From a bacterium (GTDB lineage: Bacteria; Patescibacteriota; Patescibacteriia; 2-01-FULL-39-33): a DNA stretch of 64,000 nucleotides. Numbering within the stretch: the stretch's first letter is position 1; each line of letters opens with the position of its first letter. Positions 19,483 to 28,272 of this stretch are shown here, in pieces. The notes under the pieces were generated by a model, which did no database searches, had not been told where the DNA came from, and saw only the letters and a list, made by a program, of their open reading frames with translations. Location of the stretch: contig JAKQDP010000047.1 of NCBI GenBank assembly GCA_029558735.1, positions 209 to 64,208 of the forward strand, in the 5' to 3' direction. The position numbers and the translations under genes were made by a program.

Positions 19483-20967
19483 ATGAAAAAAGAGCACCTG
19501 GATAAAAAAAGAGAGAGATTTTTTAATCTAGTCGGAGAAAATTATTACCCCGATGATTTAGAACTGGTTAAATTGGCTTATGATTTCGCGGCAACGGCCC
19601 ACCAGAGTCAAACCCGAATGTCCGGTGAACCCTACATCGTTCATCCTTTAGCCACCGCTCAAAAACTGGCAGAATTAAATCTGGATGTTCCCACTATTAT
19701 CGCCGGACTGCTTCATGACATACCGGAAGAAACTGAAATTACGGTGGAACAGATAGAAAAAGACTTCGGCAAAGAAATCGCTCACTTGGTTGATGGCATC
19801 ACTAAATTAGGAAAAATCAAATATCGCGGCATTGAACGCTACGCAGAAAATCTCAGAAAAATGTTTGTGGCAATGAGCGATGATATTAGAGTAATTTTCA
19901 TCAAATTTGCTGATCGAATTCATAACTTAAAAACCCTTGCTGCCCTGCCTCCGGTCAAACAGCAACGAATTGCAACCGAATCGCTGGAAATTTACGCGCC
20001 GATTGCTGACCGCCTCGGCATGGGCCAAATTAAGGGAGAAATGGAAGACTTGGCCTTTCCTTATGTTTATCCGCAGGCTTATAATTGGCTATTAAAAATA
20101 ATTCCCCGCGAATACCGCACCAGAGAAAAATATCTGGCACAAGTCAAAAAACTGCTTGAACAAGAATTAAAGAATAATCACATCACCTCGGAAACGGTCT
20201 CCATCCATGGCCGAACCAAACATTTATACAGCTTATACAAAAAACTGCTTCGACCGGATATTAATAAAGATATTTCCAAAATATATGACCTAGTCGCCCT
20301 CAGAATTGTTCTGCCGACCATTGGCGATTGCTACTCAACTTTGGGTATAATCCATAAACTTTACAAGCCCTTTCCGGGACGAATCAAAGATTATATTGCC
20401 CAGCCCAAACCCAACGGTTACCAGTCGCTCCACACTACTGTTTTTGCCGATAATGGGCAAATCATTGAATTCCAAATCAGAACCACCAAAATGCACGAGG
20501 AGGCCGAATTCGGCATTGCCGCCCACTGGCATTATAAGGAATACCAGGGCAATATTGACAAAAAAAATACCAACTGGATCAAAGAATTAGTTAAATGGCA
20601 GCAAGAAATCAGGGACAATGAACAATTTATCAGTAGCATCAAACTTGATGTTTTTCAAAACCGAATATTTGTTTTCACTCCCAAGGGCGACGTGATTGAT
20701 CTGCCGGAAAAATCAACACCTATTGATTTTGCTTATCATGTTCACTCTTGGGTCGGCGACAAATGTGTTGGCGCAAAAATTAATAACCAAATGGTCAATT
20801 TGGGAGCAGAATTAAAAAACGGTGATATTGTTGAAATTATCACCGATAAAAATAGGCCGGGACCAAGCGAAGACTGGTTAGAGTTAACCAAAACTTCGAT
20901 GGCCAAAACTAAAATTAAATCCGCTATCAATAAAAAGAAAAAAATAACAAACCTGCTGACACGCTAA
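19483..20967 (+). CDS. RelA/SpoT family (p)ppGpp synthetase/hydrolase (HD-SYNTH-TGS, no ACT domain)
   Basis: GEPYIVHP, LLHD, KPNGYQSLHT, EFQIRT, TGS FVFTPKG; 494 aa. Confidence 0.93.
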   Translation: MKKEHLDKKRERFFNLVGENYYPDDLELVKLAYDFAATAHQSQTRMSGEPYIVHPLATAQKLAELNLDVPTIIAGLLHDIPEETEITVEQIEKDFGKEIAHLVDGITKLGKIKYRGIERYAENLRKMFVAMSDDIRVIFIKFADRIHNLKTLAALPPVKQQRIATESLEIYAPIADRLGMGQIKGEMEDLAFPYVYPQAYNWLLKIIPREYRTREKYLAQVKKLLEQELKNNHITSETVSIHGRTKHLYSLYKKLLRPDINKDISKIYDLVALRIVLPTIGDCYSTLGIIHKLYKPFPGRIKDYIAQPKPNGYQSLHTTVFADNGQIIEFQIRTTKMHEEAEFGIAAHWHYKEYQGNIDKKNTNWIKELVKWQQEIRDNEQFISSIKLDVFQNRIFVFTPKGDVIDLPEKSTPIDFAYHVHSWVGDKCVGAKINNQMVNLGAELKNGDIVEIITDKNRPGPSEDWLELTKTSMAKTKIKSAINKKKKITNLLTR

Positions 20968-20980
20968 TCGGCTAGACGTC

Positions 20981-21865
20981 TTATTCAATCCGACTGATTA
21001 GTTTAAAAATTTTTTCCAACTCTTCCTCGGAAAAAAACCTAATCACAATTTGCCCGGAAGAGCCGAATTTTTTTATTTCCACTTTAGTGCCCAGTGCCTG
21101 TTCCAATTTATCTTGCTTATCCTTCAAATCCGGGTCAAAAGAAATCTTCCGAAGATGTTTTTTGACGACAATCTCCTTGCCGGCCTGTTCTGTTTCCCGG
21201 ACATTAAGGTCTTCTAATAATATCTGCTTAAGCACTGACGCCTGATCTTGAGCTGGCAAGCCAGCCAATACCCGAGCGTGACCCTCTGACACCTTGCCTT
21301 GCTTAACTGCCTCCTGAACCGCCGAAATGGTGTTCAAAATTCTCAAGGTGTTGGCAATCGCTGATTGGCTTTTACCGACTTTTTGCGACAATTCCCGCTG
21401 ATCCAAATTAAACTCAGTCATTAATTTTTGATAAGCAATCGCTGTTTCAATCGCATTAAGATCCCGGCGTTGAATATTTTCTATCAACGCCAATTCCAAC
21501 TTTTTTTGCTCATTAAAGTCTCTGACAATTGCCGGTACGGTTTCCATTTTCAGCATTTTCGCCGCCCGCCAACGCCGTTCCCCGGCGATTAACTGATAAT
21601 GGTTGGGTTTAACTTTGGTGACGATTAGCGGCTGAATAATACCATGCTCCTTAATCGACTCTGCTAAGTCATTCAAAGCAACCTCATCAAAATCAATCCT
21701 TGGCTGATGGGGGTTGGGTGAAAGCTGCTCTACTGGCAACTCCAAAATTTCTTCCCGTTTACCGGAAAAAACCTCCCGAACCAATTCTGCCTCAAATTCA
21801 TCCTTAATTTTTTTATTGGGAATCAACGAACTTAAGCCGCGACCCAAGCCACTGGTTTTATTCAT
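20981..21865 (-). CDS. parB: ParB/Spo0J partition protein
   Basis: LGRGLSSL, NPHQPR, IAGERRWRAA, ENIQR. Confidence 0.95.
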   Translation of the reverse strand: MNKTSGLGRGLSSLIPNKKIKDEFEAELVREVFSGKREEILELPVEQLSPNPHQPRIDFDEVALNDLAESIKEHGIIQPLIVTKVKPNHYQLIAGERRWRAAKMLKMETVPAIVRDFNEQKKLELALIENIQRRDLNAIETAIAYQKLMTEFNLDQRELSQKVGKSQSAIANTLRILNTISAVQEAVKQGKVSEGHARVLAGLPAQDQASVLKQILLEDLNVRETEQAGKEIVVKKHLRKISFDPDLKDKQDKLEQALGTKVEIKKFGSSGQIVIRFFSEEELEKIFKLISRIE

Positions 21866-21870
21866 AAAAA

Positions 21871-22638
21871 TTAATAAGAATTAGTGTAATATAAAAATTC
21901 CCGAGCCAATCGCTCATAAGCCTTGGCGCCTTTAGATTTTGGGTCATAACTCAAAATCGTCTGACCATAACTTGGCGCTTCCGATAATCGAACGTTCCTA
22001 GGAATAACTGAGCGAAATATTTTATTGGGAAAATGATGATAAAGCTCATGTAAAACATCATTGGCTAATTTGTATCTCTTCTCATACATAGTTAAAACCG
22101 CTCCCAAAATATCCAATTCAGGCTTGATATTTTCCCTAATTAAATTAATAGTGGACATCAATTGCCCCAACCCCTCCAATGAATAATACTCCGCTTGGAC
22201 GGGAATTAATACTTGATCAGACGCCACTAAGCCATTGATAGTCAATAAACCCAAAGACGGCGGACAATCAATAATGATATAATCAAAGTCATTTCTAATG
22301 CTTAATAAATTATCATAAAGCCTGAATTCCCGCCGGTCTAAATTAACTAACTCCACATTCGCTCCCGCCAACGACATGGTCGAAGGAGCCAATTTGTAAT
22401 AATTGTGTTGAGTATCAACCAAAATATCCTTAAAATCATATGGTCCGGCTAACACCTCGTACACTCCCCGATCCAGTTCCTTGGAAACACCCAAGCCTGA
22501 GGTGGCATTGCTTTGCGGATCCAGATCCACCAAAAGCACAAACTTGCCCAGCTGACTGAGATAGGCAGATAAGTTGATTGAGGTAGTGGTTTTGCCCACT
22601 CCCCCTTTTTGATTAACAACCGAAATTATTTGTCCCAT
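21871..22638 (-). CDS. parA: ParA/Soj partition ATPase
   Basis: NQKGGVGKTT, DLDPQ, DCPP, LSEAPS. Confidence 0.95.
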   Translation of the reverse strand: MGQIISVVNQKGGVGKTTTSINLSAYLSQLGKFVLLVDLDPQSNATSGLGVSKELDRGVYEVLAGPYDFKDILVDTQHNYYKLAPSTMSLAGANVELVNLDRREFRLYDNLLSIRNDFDYIIIDCPPSLGLLTINGLVASDQVLIPVQAEYYSLEGLGQLMSTINLIRENIKPELDILGAVLTMYEKRYKLANDVLHELYHHFPNKIFRSVIPRNVRLSEAPSYGQTILSYDPKSKGAKAYERLAREFLYYTNSY

Positions 22639-22708
22639 ATTTTTACTTTTATATTATAACATAAAAAAAATAATTAATAAAAATATTCCTCCTACCATCT
22701 CCACCGGC

Positions 22709-22737
22709 TTGCCAAAAATAAAAATATTTGCTAAAAT
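22709..22737 (+). promoter_or_regulatory. Sigma70 promoter of the tRNA cluster
   Basis: TTGCCA-17-TAAAAT, 12 nt before the first tRNA. Confidence 0.65.
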
Positions 22738-22749
22738 AATAAACAATGA

Positions 22750-22822
22750 CGCGGGGTAGAGCAGTTGGCAGCTCGGCGGGCCCATAACCCGCAGGTCGCC
22801 GGTTCGAGTCCGGCCCCCGCAA
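22750..22822 (+). tRNA. tRNA-fMet (CAT), initiator; CCA not encoded
   Basis: C1:A72 mismatch, three G-C pairs in the anticodon stem, loop CCCATAA, T-arm GCCGG-TTCGAGT-CCGGC. Confidence 0.93.
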
Positions 22823-22832
22823 CAAAATAGGA

Positions 22833-22904
22833 GCCAGGGTAGCTCAGTGGTAGAGCAGTGGACTCATAAGCCATTGGTCGTGGGTTCAATTCCCACCCCT
22901 GGTA
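22833..22904 (+). tRNA. tRNA with CAT anticodon (elongator Met or Ile2)
   Basis: Cloverleaf with GCCAGGG/CCCTGGT acceptor and loop CTCATAA; Met versus Ile2 cannot be resolved by eye. Confidence 0.88.
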
Positions 22905-22913
22905 CATCCAGAT

Positions 22914-22999
22914 GCCGAAGTGGCGGAATTGGTAGACGCGCACGACTCAAAATCGTGTGGACTCTGTCCATGAGGGTTCGATTCCCTCCTTCGGCACCA
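22914..22999 (+). tRNA. tRNA-Leu (CAA)
   Basis: Long variable arm, anticodon arm CACGA-CTCAAAA-TCGTG, encoded CCA. Confidence 0.95.
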
Positions 23000-23059
23000 A
23001 AAAGCCAAAACGAGTAAATCTCGTTTTTATTTTGACTCACATTTCTAAAAGCGACCCAA

Positions 23060-23185
23060 GGAATCGAACGGGCAGAAGCGATCCCGAGTTCTCTGGAGAG
23101 CGTCGACAGATGCAAGCTGGCGCAGCATCCGGCGCTGCCCCGGACAACGAGACTATTTTGTCTTTAGACAAAATAGCGAGGCGTA
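23060..23185. repeat. tRNA-associated structured element, copy 1
   Basis: Shares ACGGGCAGAAGCGA, GAGCGTCG and GCGCTGCCC blocks with 41388-41471. Confidence 0.7.
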
Positions 23186-23206
23186 ATTCCCTCCTTCGGC
23201 ACCAAA
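23186..23206 (+). repeat. Direct repeat of the tRNA-Leu 3' end (att-like)
   Basis: ATTCCCTCCTTCGGCACCAAA, identical to 22981-23001. Confidence 0.9.
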
Positions 23207-23323
23207 CTACAATTTTCTGAAAATCCCCCAACGAGTTGACCTCGTTTTTATTGTCCATCCTTGTTGATTTAAATTGATTTAATTGTTAAAATATTAATAA
23301 TACCTAATTAAATAACTACTCCT

Positions 23324-23812
23324 ATGTTTGTTACCGTTCATGCCGCTGCCGCAACTATTATCGGCAAAAAAATTAGTAATTCAGCCTTGGCATTTGTCTT
23401 AAGTCTTATTTCCCATTTTATTTTGGACCTTATTCCTCATGGTGATGAAAGCTTAGGTAAAAAATTTTTAGGCATTAAAATTAAAAACAAGGAAGATTTT
23501 AGAATCCTGGCTCTATATGGCAGTATTGATACCTGTCTGTTAGCCATTTTTCTAATATTCTTGTTTAAAAACTTCAGTTTCGCCACCAATGATCACGTCG
23601 TTTGGGCGATTATCGGCGGCATCCTGCCCGATGTTTTAGTCGCTTTTTATAAAATCACCAACCTAAAATTATTAAAACCAATTGCTGATATTCACGGTCG
23701 GAATCACAGCTGGTTAATTCGTAAATTTAAGACTGATATTCCTCTAAACTATGGAGTGATACTTCAAATAATTCTTATGAGCTTGATCGTGTGGCTAATT
23801 TATATCGTATAA
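23324..23812 (+). CDS. Hypothetical membrane protein (possible membrane-bound metal-dependent hydrolase)
   Basis: Several TM helices; His/Asp motifs H, SHFILDLIPH, LPD, H..H. Confidence 0.7.
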   Translation: MFVTVHAAAATIIGKKISNSALAFVLSLISHFILDLIPHGDESLGKKFLGIKIKNKEDFRILALYGSIDTCLLAIFLIFLFKNFSFATNDHVVWAIIGGILPDVLVAFYKITNLKLLKPIADIHGRNHSWLIRKFKTDIPLNYGVILQIILMSLIVWLIYIV

Positions 23813-23858
23813 AAAATCTCCGCCCGACAATCGATTAACTACTGGGCGGAGATTTTTT
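23811..23858. terminator. Bidirectional terminator
   Basis: AAAAAATCTCCGCCC...GGGCGGAGATTTTT between convergent genes. Confidence 0.7.
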
Positions 23859-23862
23859 ATTA

Positions 23863-25149
23863 TTATTTTTTTAATGATTGATAAACCTCCAGAGTTTTCT
23901 GGGCACAATTATTCCAATTAAACTCCTGGGCTCGTTCATGACCACTGATTGACAATGACTCGCGTAAACCCTCGTCAGTTAAAATGTGTTGCATTGCATC
24001 GATTAATTCCGCTTCTTTGGTGGGATCAATCAAGAGACCAGATTTAGACCCGACAATCTCCGGCAACGACGATAAATTTGAGGTAATAACTGGAGTGCCG
24101 ATACTCATCGCTTCCAATACTGGCAAGCCAAAACCTTCGTATAAAGTGGGAAAAACAAAGCAAACTGCTCGGCACAATAAAGCCAACTTATCAGCATGAG
24201 GAACATAGCCAATATACTTAATCGGATCTTGCTTCCGACGATCATCGAGTGAGCGCCGTTCACCCATTTTCTTCTTTTGTGAATCAGTCCTGACATCAAA
24301 ACCCCGCCGCCGTTCCAAACCGCTGCGCCGCCTCTTGATTCCCAGAATACTGGCGTTGGCATCGGCGATTGCCTCGTAAACCGGCTGATCCTTCCAGCCC
24401 TTGGCGCCAGCAATAATTAATTGATAATCTTCGGCTGGAGAATCATAAATCAATTTTAAATTCCGAAACGCCTTAATTAAAGAAATAATGTTTTTCCGAG
24501 GCTCAATGGTGCCCAAAAACAAAAAATAATTATCTGAAATTCCATACCGCTTTTTAACTCCGGCAAAATCAGCCTGATTAGGACAGCTCTTGCCATGGCT
24601 GATAACCCCCTCATAAACGACGGAAATTTTATCTTCTGGCACGCTGAATTCTTCAATAATATCAGTCTTGGTATTTTTGGAAACGGCAATAATCCGATCA
24701 GCTTTTTGGAGCGACCGCGGCACCAAAACCCGAGTAGAGAATATTTGTCGATTAAGAAATTTTCCCGGAAAAAATTCAGGATATTTATAGATTGCTAAAT
24801 CATGAACGGTAACCACAGATTTACCATCATAAGGTAAGGGCAAGGTATTGGCCGGCGAATGAAAAACATCCAACTTCTCCCGACTCAATAAGGCGCTCAC
24901 CAACATCTGAGAATAAGTAACCGGCAAATATTTTTTATACTGATAAAAAGGAAAGGTTCTGATAATGACATTGTTATAAGCGGAAAATTCTTTCTTATTT
25001 TTAAAGCGATCATCAAAAAACAGCACATAAATATTATCCTGATTAAGTGCTAATAGGCTTTTGACCAAATAATAAGTATAATGACCCACACCAGCCTGTT
25101 CGCCGGCCCCGGGATTTAAAATTGTTCGACAATCAATACCAATTTTCAT
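23863..25149 (-). CDS. Glycosyltransferase family 4 with Arg-rich insertion
   Basis: VVTVHDL, GTIEPRKN, YEGFGLPVLEAM. Confidence 0.92.
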   Translation of the reverse strand: MKIGIDCRTILNPGAGEQAGVGHYTYYLVKSLLALNQDNIYVLFFDDRFKNKKEFSAYNNVIIRTFPFYQYKKYLPVTYSQMLVSALLSREKLDVFHSPANTLPLPYDGKSVVTVHDLAIYKYPEFFPGKFLNRQIFSTRVLVPRSLQKADRIIAVSKNTKTDIIEEFSVPEDKISVVYEGVISHGKSCPNQADFAGVKKRYGISDNYFLFLGTIEPRKNIISLIKAFRNLKLIYDSPAEDYQLIIAGAKGWKDQPVYEAIADANASILGIKRRRSGLERRRGFDVRTDSQKKKMGERRSLDDRRKQDPIKYIGYVPHADKLALLCRAVCFVFPTLYEGFGLPVLEAMSIGTPVITSNLSSLPEIVGSKSGLLIDPTKEAELIDAMQHILTDEGLRESLSISGHERAQEFNWNNCAQKTLEVYQSLKK

Positions 25150-25322
25150 ATTTGAGGGAAGATTTATAATTATTGATATTGTATCTCAACCAAGGTAAAT
25201 AATCAAATCAGTCGAATTGTTCCGCGATCCCGCTGCTCCCGCGGCTAAAAATTGCTAAAATTAGAAAATTAATATAAAATTACTCCAGATTATTGCTGAC
25301 TTGTTTAACTATTACTAAACCC

Positions 25323-26420
25323 ATGAGCGGTAAAACTAAAATTGCTATCTTCCATAATTCTTTTGACAATCTTGGCGGCGCAGAATTGGTCAATTTAACC
25401 CTGGCTGAAAAACTGGGGGCTGATATTTATACCACCAACATTAATAAAGACAAAATTGCTAAAGCGGGCTTCTGCACTGAAAATATTTTTAGTATCGGCC
25501 GAGTGCCTATTAATAGCCCATGGAAACAAGAAATGATCCACTGGCGTTTTGGGCGACTAAATCTGAAAACCAAATACGCTTTATACCTGATCGCCGGCGA
25601 TTGGGCCTTATCAGCGGCAATCAATAATAAGCCAAATTTGTGGTACGCCTACTCACCCGCCCGAGAAATCTGGGACCTGGCCGACTACACCAAGCACCAT
25701 CTTCGAAAATTGGGCCAGAAGACGATTTTTGATTGGTGGATTGGTTTAAGGCGACATTCCGATTTGCAAAATATTAAACAAATCCAAAAAATTATCGCCG
25801 TTTCAGAAAACGTTCGCCAACGAATAAAAAATTATTTCCAACGCGATTCATTGGTAATAAATCCGCCGGTCGACATTAAAAAATTTTTTTATCGGAAAAA
25901 TGGCCCTTTCTGGCTTAGTGTTAACCGTTTGGTCGCCCAGAAAAGAATCGATCTTCAACTCAAAGCCTTCCGTCAGATGCCCCAGGAGAAATTAATTATA
26001 GTCGGTAATCAGGAAAATAGTAAACTATTTAAACAAAATTTCCAACGGCTTATGAAAATAAAACCTGCTAATGTGGAAATTTTAAGCTGGGTGAGCAACC
26101 AAAAATTAGCCGCACTCTACGCTGATTGTCGAGGTTTTATCACGACCGCAAAAAATGAAGATTTCGGGCTAGCGGCCGTTGAGGCAATGGCCTCGGGTAA
26201 GCCGGTTATTGCCCCCAATGAGGGCGGTTTCCAAGAGACAATTATTGATGGCCAGACCGGAAAATTAATTGACGCCCTTGATGATGCTAACCTAATAAAA
26301 GGCATCCGCCTTATTGGTCGCAATCCGGCCGATTATAAAACCGCCTGTCTGTCTCAGGCGGCTAAATTCAATTTGGAAAATTTTATTAATAAAATAAAAA
26401 ATGCCCTCTCCTGCTACTAA
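25323..26420 (+). CDS. Glycosyltransferase family 4
   Basis: GGAE, EDFGLAAVEAMASGKPVI; ATG at 25323 preferred over the upstream alternative start. Confidence 0.9.
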   Translation: MSGKTKIAIFHNSFDNLGGAELVNLTLAEKLGADIYTTNINKDKIAKAGFCTENIFSIGRVPINSPWKQEMIHWRFGRLNLKTKYALYLIAGDWALSAAINNKPNLWYAYSPAREIWDLADYTKHHLRKLGQKTIFDWWIGLRRHSDLQNIKQIQKIIAVSENVRQRIKNYFQRDSLVINPPVDIKKFFYRKNGPFWLSVNRLVAQKRIDLQLKAFRQMPQEKLIIVGNQENSKLFKQNFQRLMKIKPANVEILSWVSNQKLAALYADCRGFITTAKNEDFGLAAVEAMASGKPVIAPNEGGFQETIIDGQTGKLIDALDDANLIKGIRLIGRNPADYKTACLSQAAKFNLENFINKIKNALSCY

Positions 26421-27267
26421 CGCCGCTCCGTTAGTTTCAATTATCATCAGAACTTACAATGAAGAGCGGCGACTGGCCCAATGTTTGGAGTCAATTTTTA
26501 ATCAATCGGTTAATTTTAATTTCGAAATCATTATCATTGATTCCGGAAGCAGCGACAACACTCTAAAAATTGCCGCTCGCTTTAAAACCAAAATAATAAC
26601 CATAAGCAAAGAAAGCTTTACTTATGGTCGATCTCTCAACCTTGGCTTTAATGAGGCGGGCGGTGAATTTTTGGTCTCTTTGTCAGCCCACGCTATCCCC
26701 CAACATAATTGGCTAAATCATTTAATCGCCGGTTTTGCCGATCCGTTTTTTGCTGGAGTTTACAGTCAACAAATTGCTACCGATAGCGATTGTCCTTTAA
26801 TCACCAGAATGTTAACCGCCCACCACCAAAAAATATGCCGCTCAAGCAAACCGCAGCTATATTTTTCCAATGCCGGCTCAATGATTAAAAAAAGCGTCTG
26901 GAAAAAATTTCCCTTTATTGAAAATCTGGCCGCCTCGGAAGATTATGATTGGGCAATAAGAGTCAGCCGAGCCGGTTATAAAATCGGCTATCAACCCCAG
27001 GCGATTATTAATCATTGGCACAAACCGCAGTTTAAATCAATTTACCAAAGAAATTTGCGGGAATTCGCTTCATTACTGGCTATCAACCGCAAACGATTAA
27101 TGCCTAATTTATTAATTTTGCCTGGTTATAATCTTATTCAGGATTTTATTTATATTATCGCCAATCGCCTTAGACCCGGTTGGTTGTTAAAATCAATTTC
27201 CGCCAACAGCGCTTTAATGGCGGCAGCGACTATGGCAATTATAAAACAAAATGTTTACAAATATTAA
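26401..27267 (+). CDS. Glycosyltransferase family 2 (rhamnosyltransferase-like)
   Basis: VSIIIRTYNE, IDSGSSD, SED. Confidence 0.88.
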   Translation: MPSPATNAAPLVSIIIRTYNEERRLAQCLESIFNQSVNFNFEIIIIDSGSSDNTLKIAARFKTKIITISKESFTYGRSLNLGFNEAGGEFLVSLSAHAIPQHNWLNHLIAGFADPFFAGVYSQQIATDSDCPLITRMLTAHHQKICRSSKPQLYFSNAGSMIKKSVWKKFPFIENLAASEDYDWAIRVSRAGYKIGYQPQAIINHWHKPQFKSIYQRNLREFASLLAINRKRLMPNLLILPGYNLIQDFIYIIANRLRPGWLLKSISANSALMAAATMAIIKQNVYKY

Positions 27268-28249
27268 AAAAAAAATAGAAAGCAAAAGAGAAGCCAGCTC
27301 CCTTTTTTGGTTGATACTGGTTCGACTAAAAGACGGCCTGTGGCGATTAAGTCAAGTGACTGAAAAATTTTTTAGAAAAATTGAAGCTTGCCCCTTAATT
27401 AAATTCCCTCGCTCTTCCGGCGAATTTAGCGCCGACCCGGGGGGCCGAGCGGAAATACATTCTTTGGTTTGCCATAAACATTTGGGTTTATATTTGCTCG
27501 CCGTCAAATCCTTCTTAAGATTCTATCAGCGAGTAGCGGTTGTCGCCCACGATGATGGCAGTCTGACAAACTTTGATAAAAAAATATTGACTAAGCAAAT
27601 AAAAAATGTCACCATTATCGATCTCTGCCAAGCTGACCAAATTATTATCCCTCAAATCGCCGAATTTAAAAAAATATCCAATTACCGACAGCACCACCTG
27701 ATCGCCAAGCAACTACTAGACTACCTTATGCTAGCCAAAACCGATAAAATAATATCATTGGATTCCGACACTTTATTTCTGAAACGACCCCAGCAAATAA
27801 TCGACTGGATAGAAAATAATAGTCGCGAAATCCTTTACTCTTATGAGGCGTCCCCCCGGGGACAAGAAGCATTTCTATCAACATTAAACTGCGACCTGCC
27901 ACCTAATTTTTGTGCCGGTTTTTTCTGTTTAAATCGACAAATTTTAAATTTAGAATTAATAGAACTATTGCTAAGTCGTGCCGAACCATTTGATTGGTGG
28001 ACAACGCAAAATATTTACCCGGCCCTAATCAGTCGGGCCGGTTGGGCCAATTCAACCCGGCCACTGGACCCCAATCAATATCAAAGTTGGTGCAACTTTG
28101 ATAATCCCGAACCAATTTTTCGCCACTATTGGACCAGTAATGGACTAACCTCGGAATATCTGAGAGATCTTCATCAAATCAACCGAGAATTAAAATCTTT
28201 CCAAAAAAATCCTCCGCTCCAAGCACAAATAAAAAATATCCAACATTAA
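27251..28249 (+). CDS. Putative GT-A fold glycosyltransferase
   Basis: HDDGSL, DSD motif, position inside the glycan cluster. Confidence 0.65.
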   Translation: MFTNIKKKIESKREASSLFWLILVRLKDGLWRLSQVTEKFFRKIEACPLIKFPRSSGEFSADPGGRAEIHSLVCHKHLGLYLLAVKSFLRFYQRVAVVAHDDGSLTNFDKKILTKQIKNVTIIDLCQADQIIIPQIAEFKKISNYRQHHLIAKQLLDYLMLAKTDKIISLDSDTLFLKRPQQIIDWIENNSREILYSYEASPRGQEAFLSTLNCDLPPNFCAGFFCLNRQILNLELIELLLSRAEPFDWWTTQNIYPALISRAGWANSTRPLDPNQYQSWCNFDNPEPIFRHYWTSNGLTSEYLRDLHQINRELKSFQKNPPLQAQIKNIQH

Positions 28250-28272
28250 AATCAAGACTCCCTTAAAACCTG

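Noticed and set aside
19483-20967. Short RelA/SpoT as a truncated pseudogene
   Set aside because: HD, synthetase and TGS domains are intact and the ORF ends cleanly against convergent parB.
22731-23258. ORFs of 70-87 aa across the tRNA cluster
   Set aside because: They are translations of tRNA genes and their antisense (for example GWELNPRP and GLEPAT).
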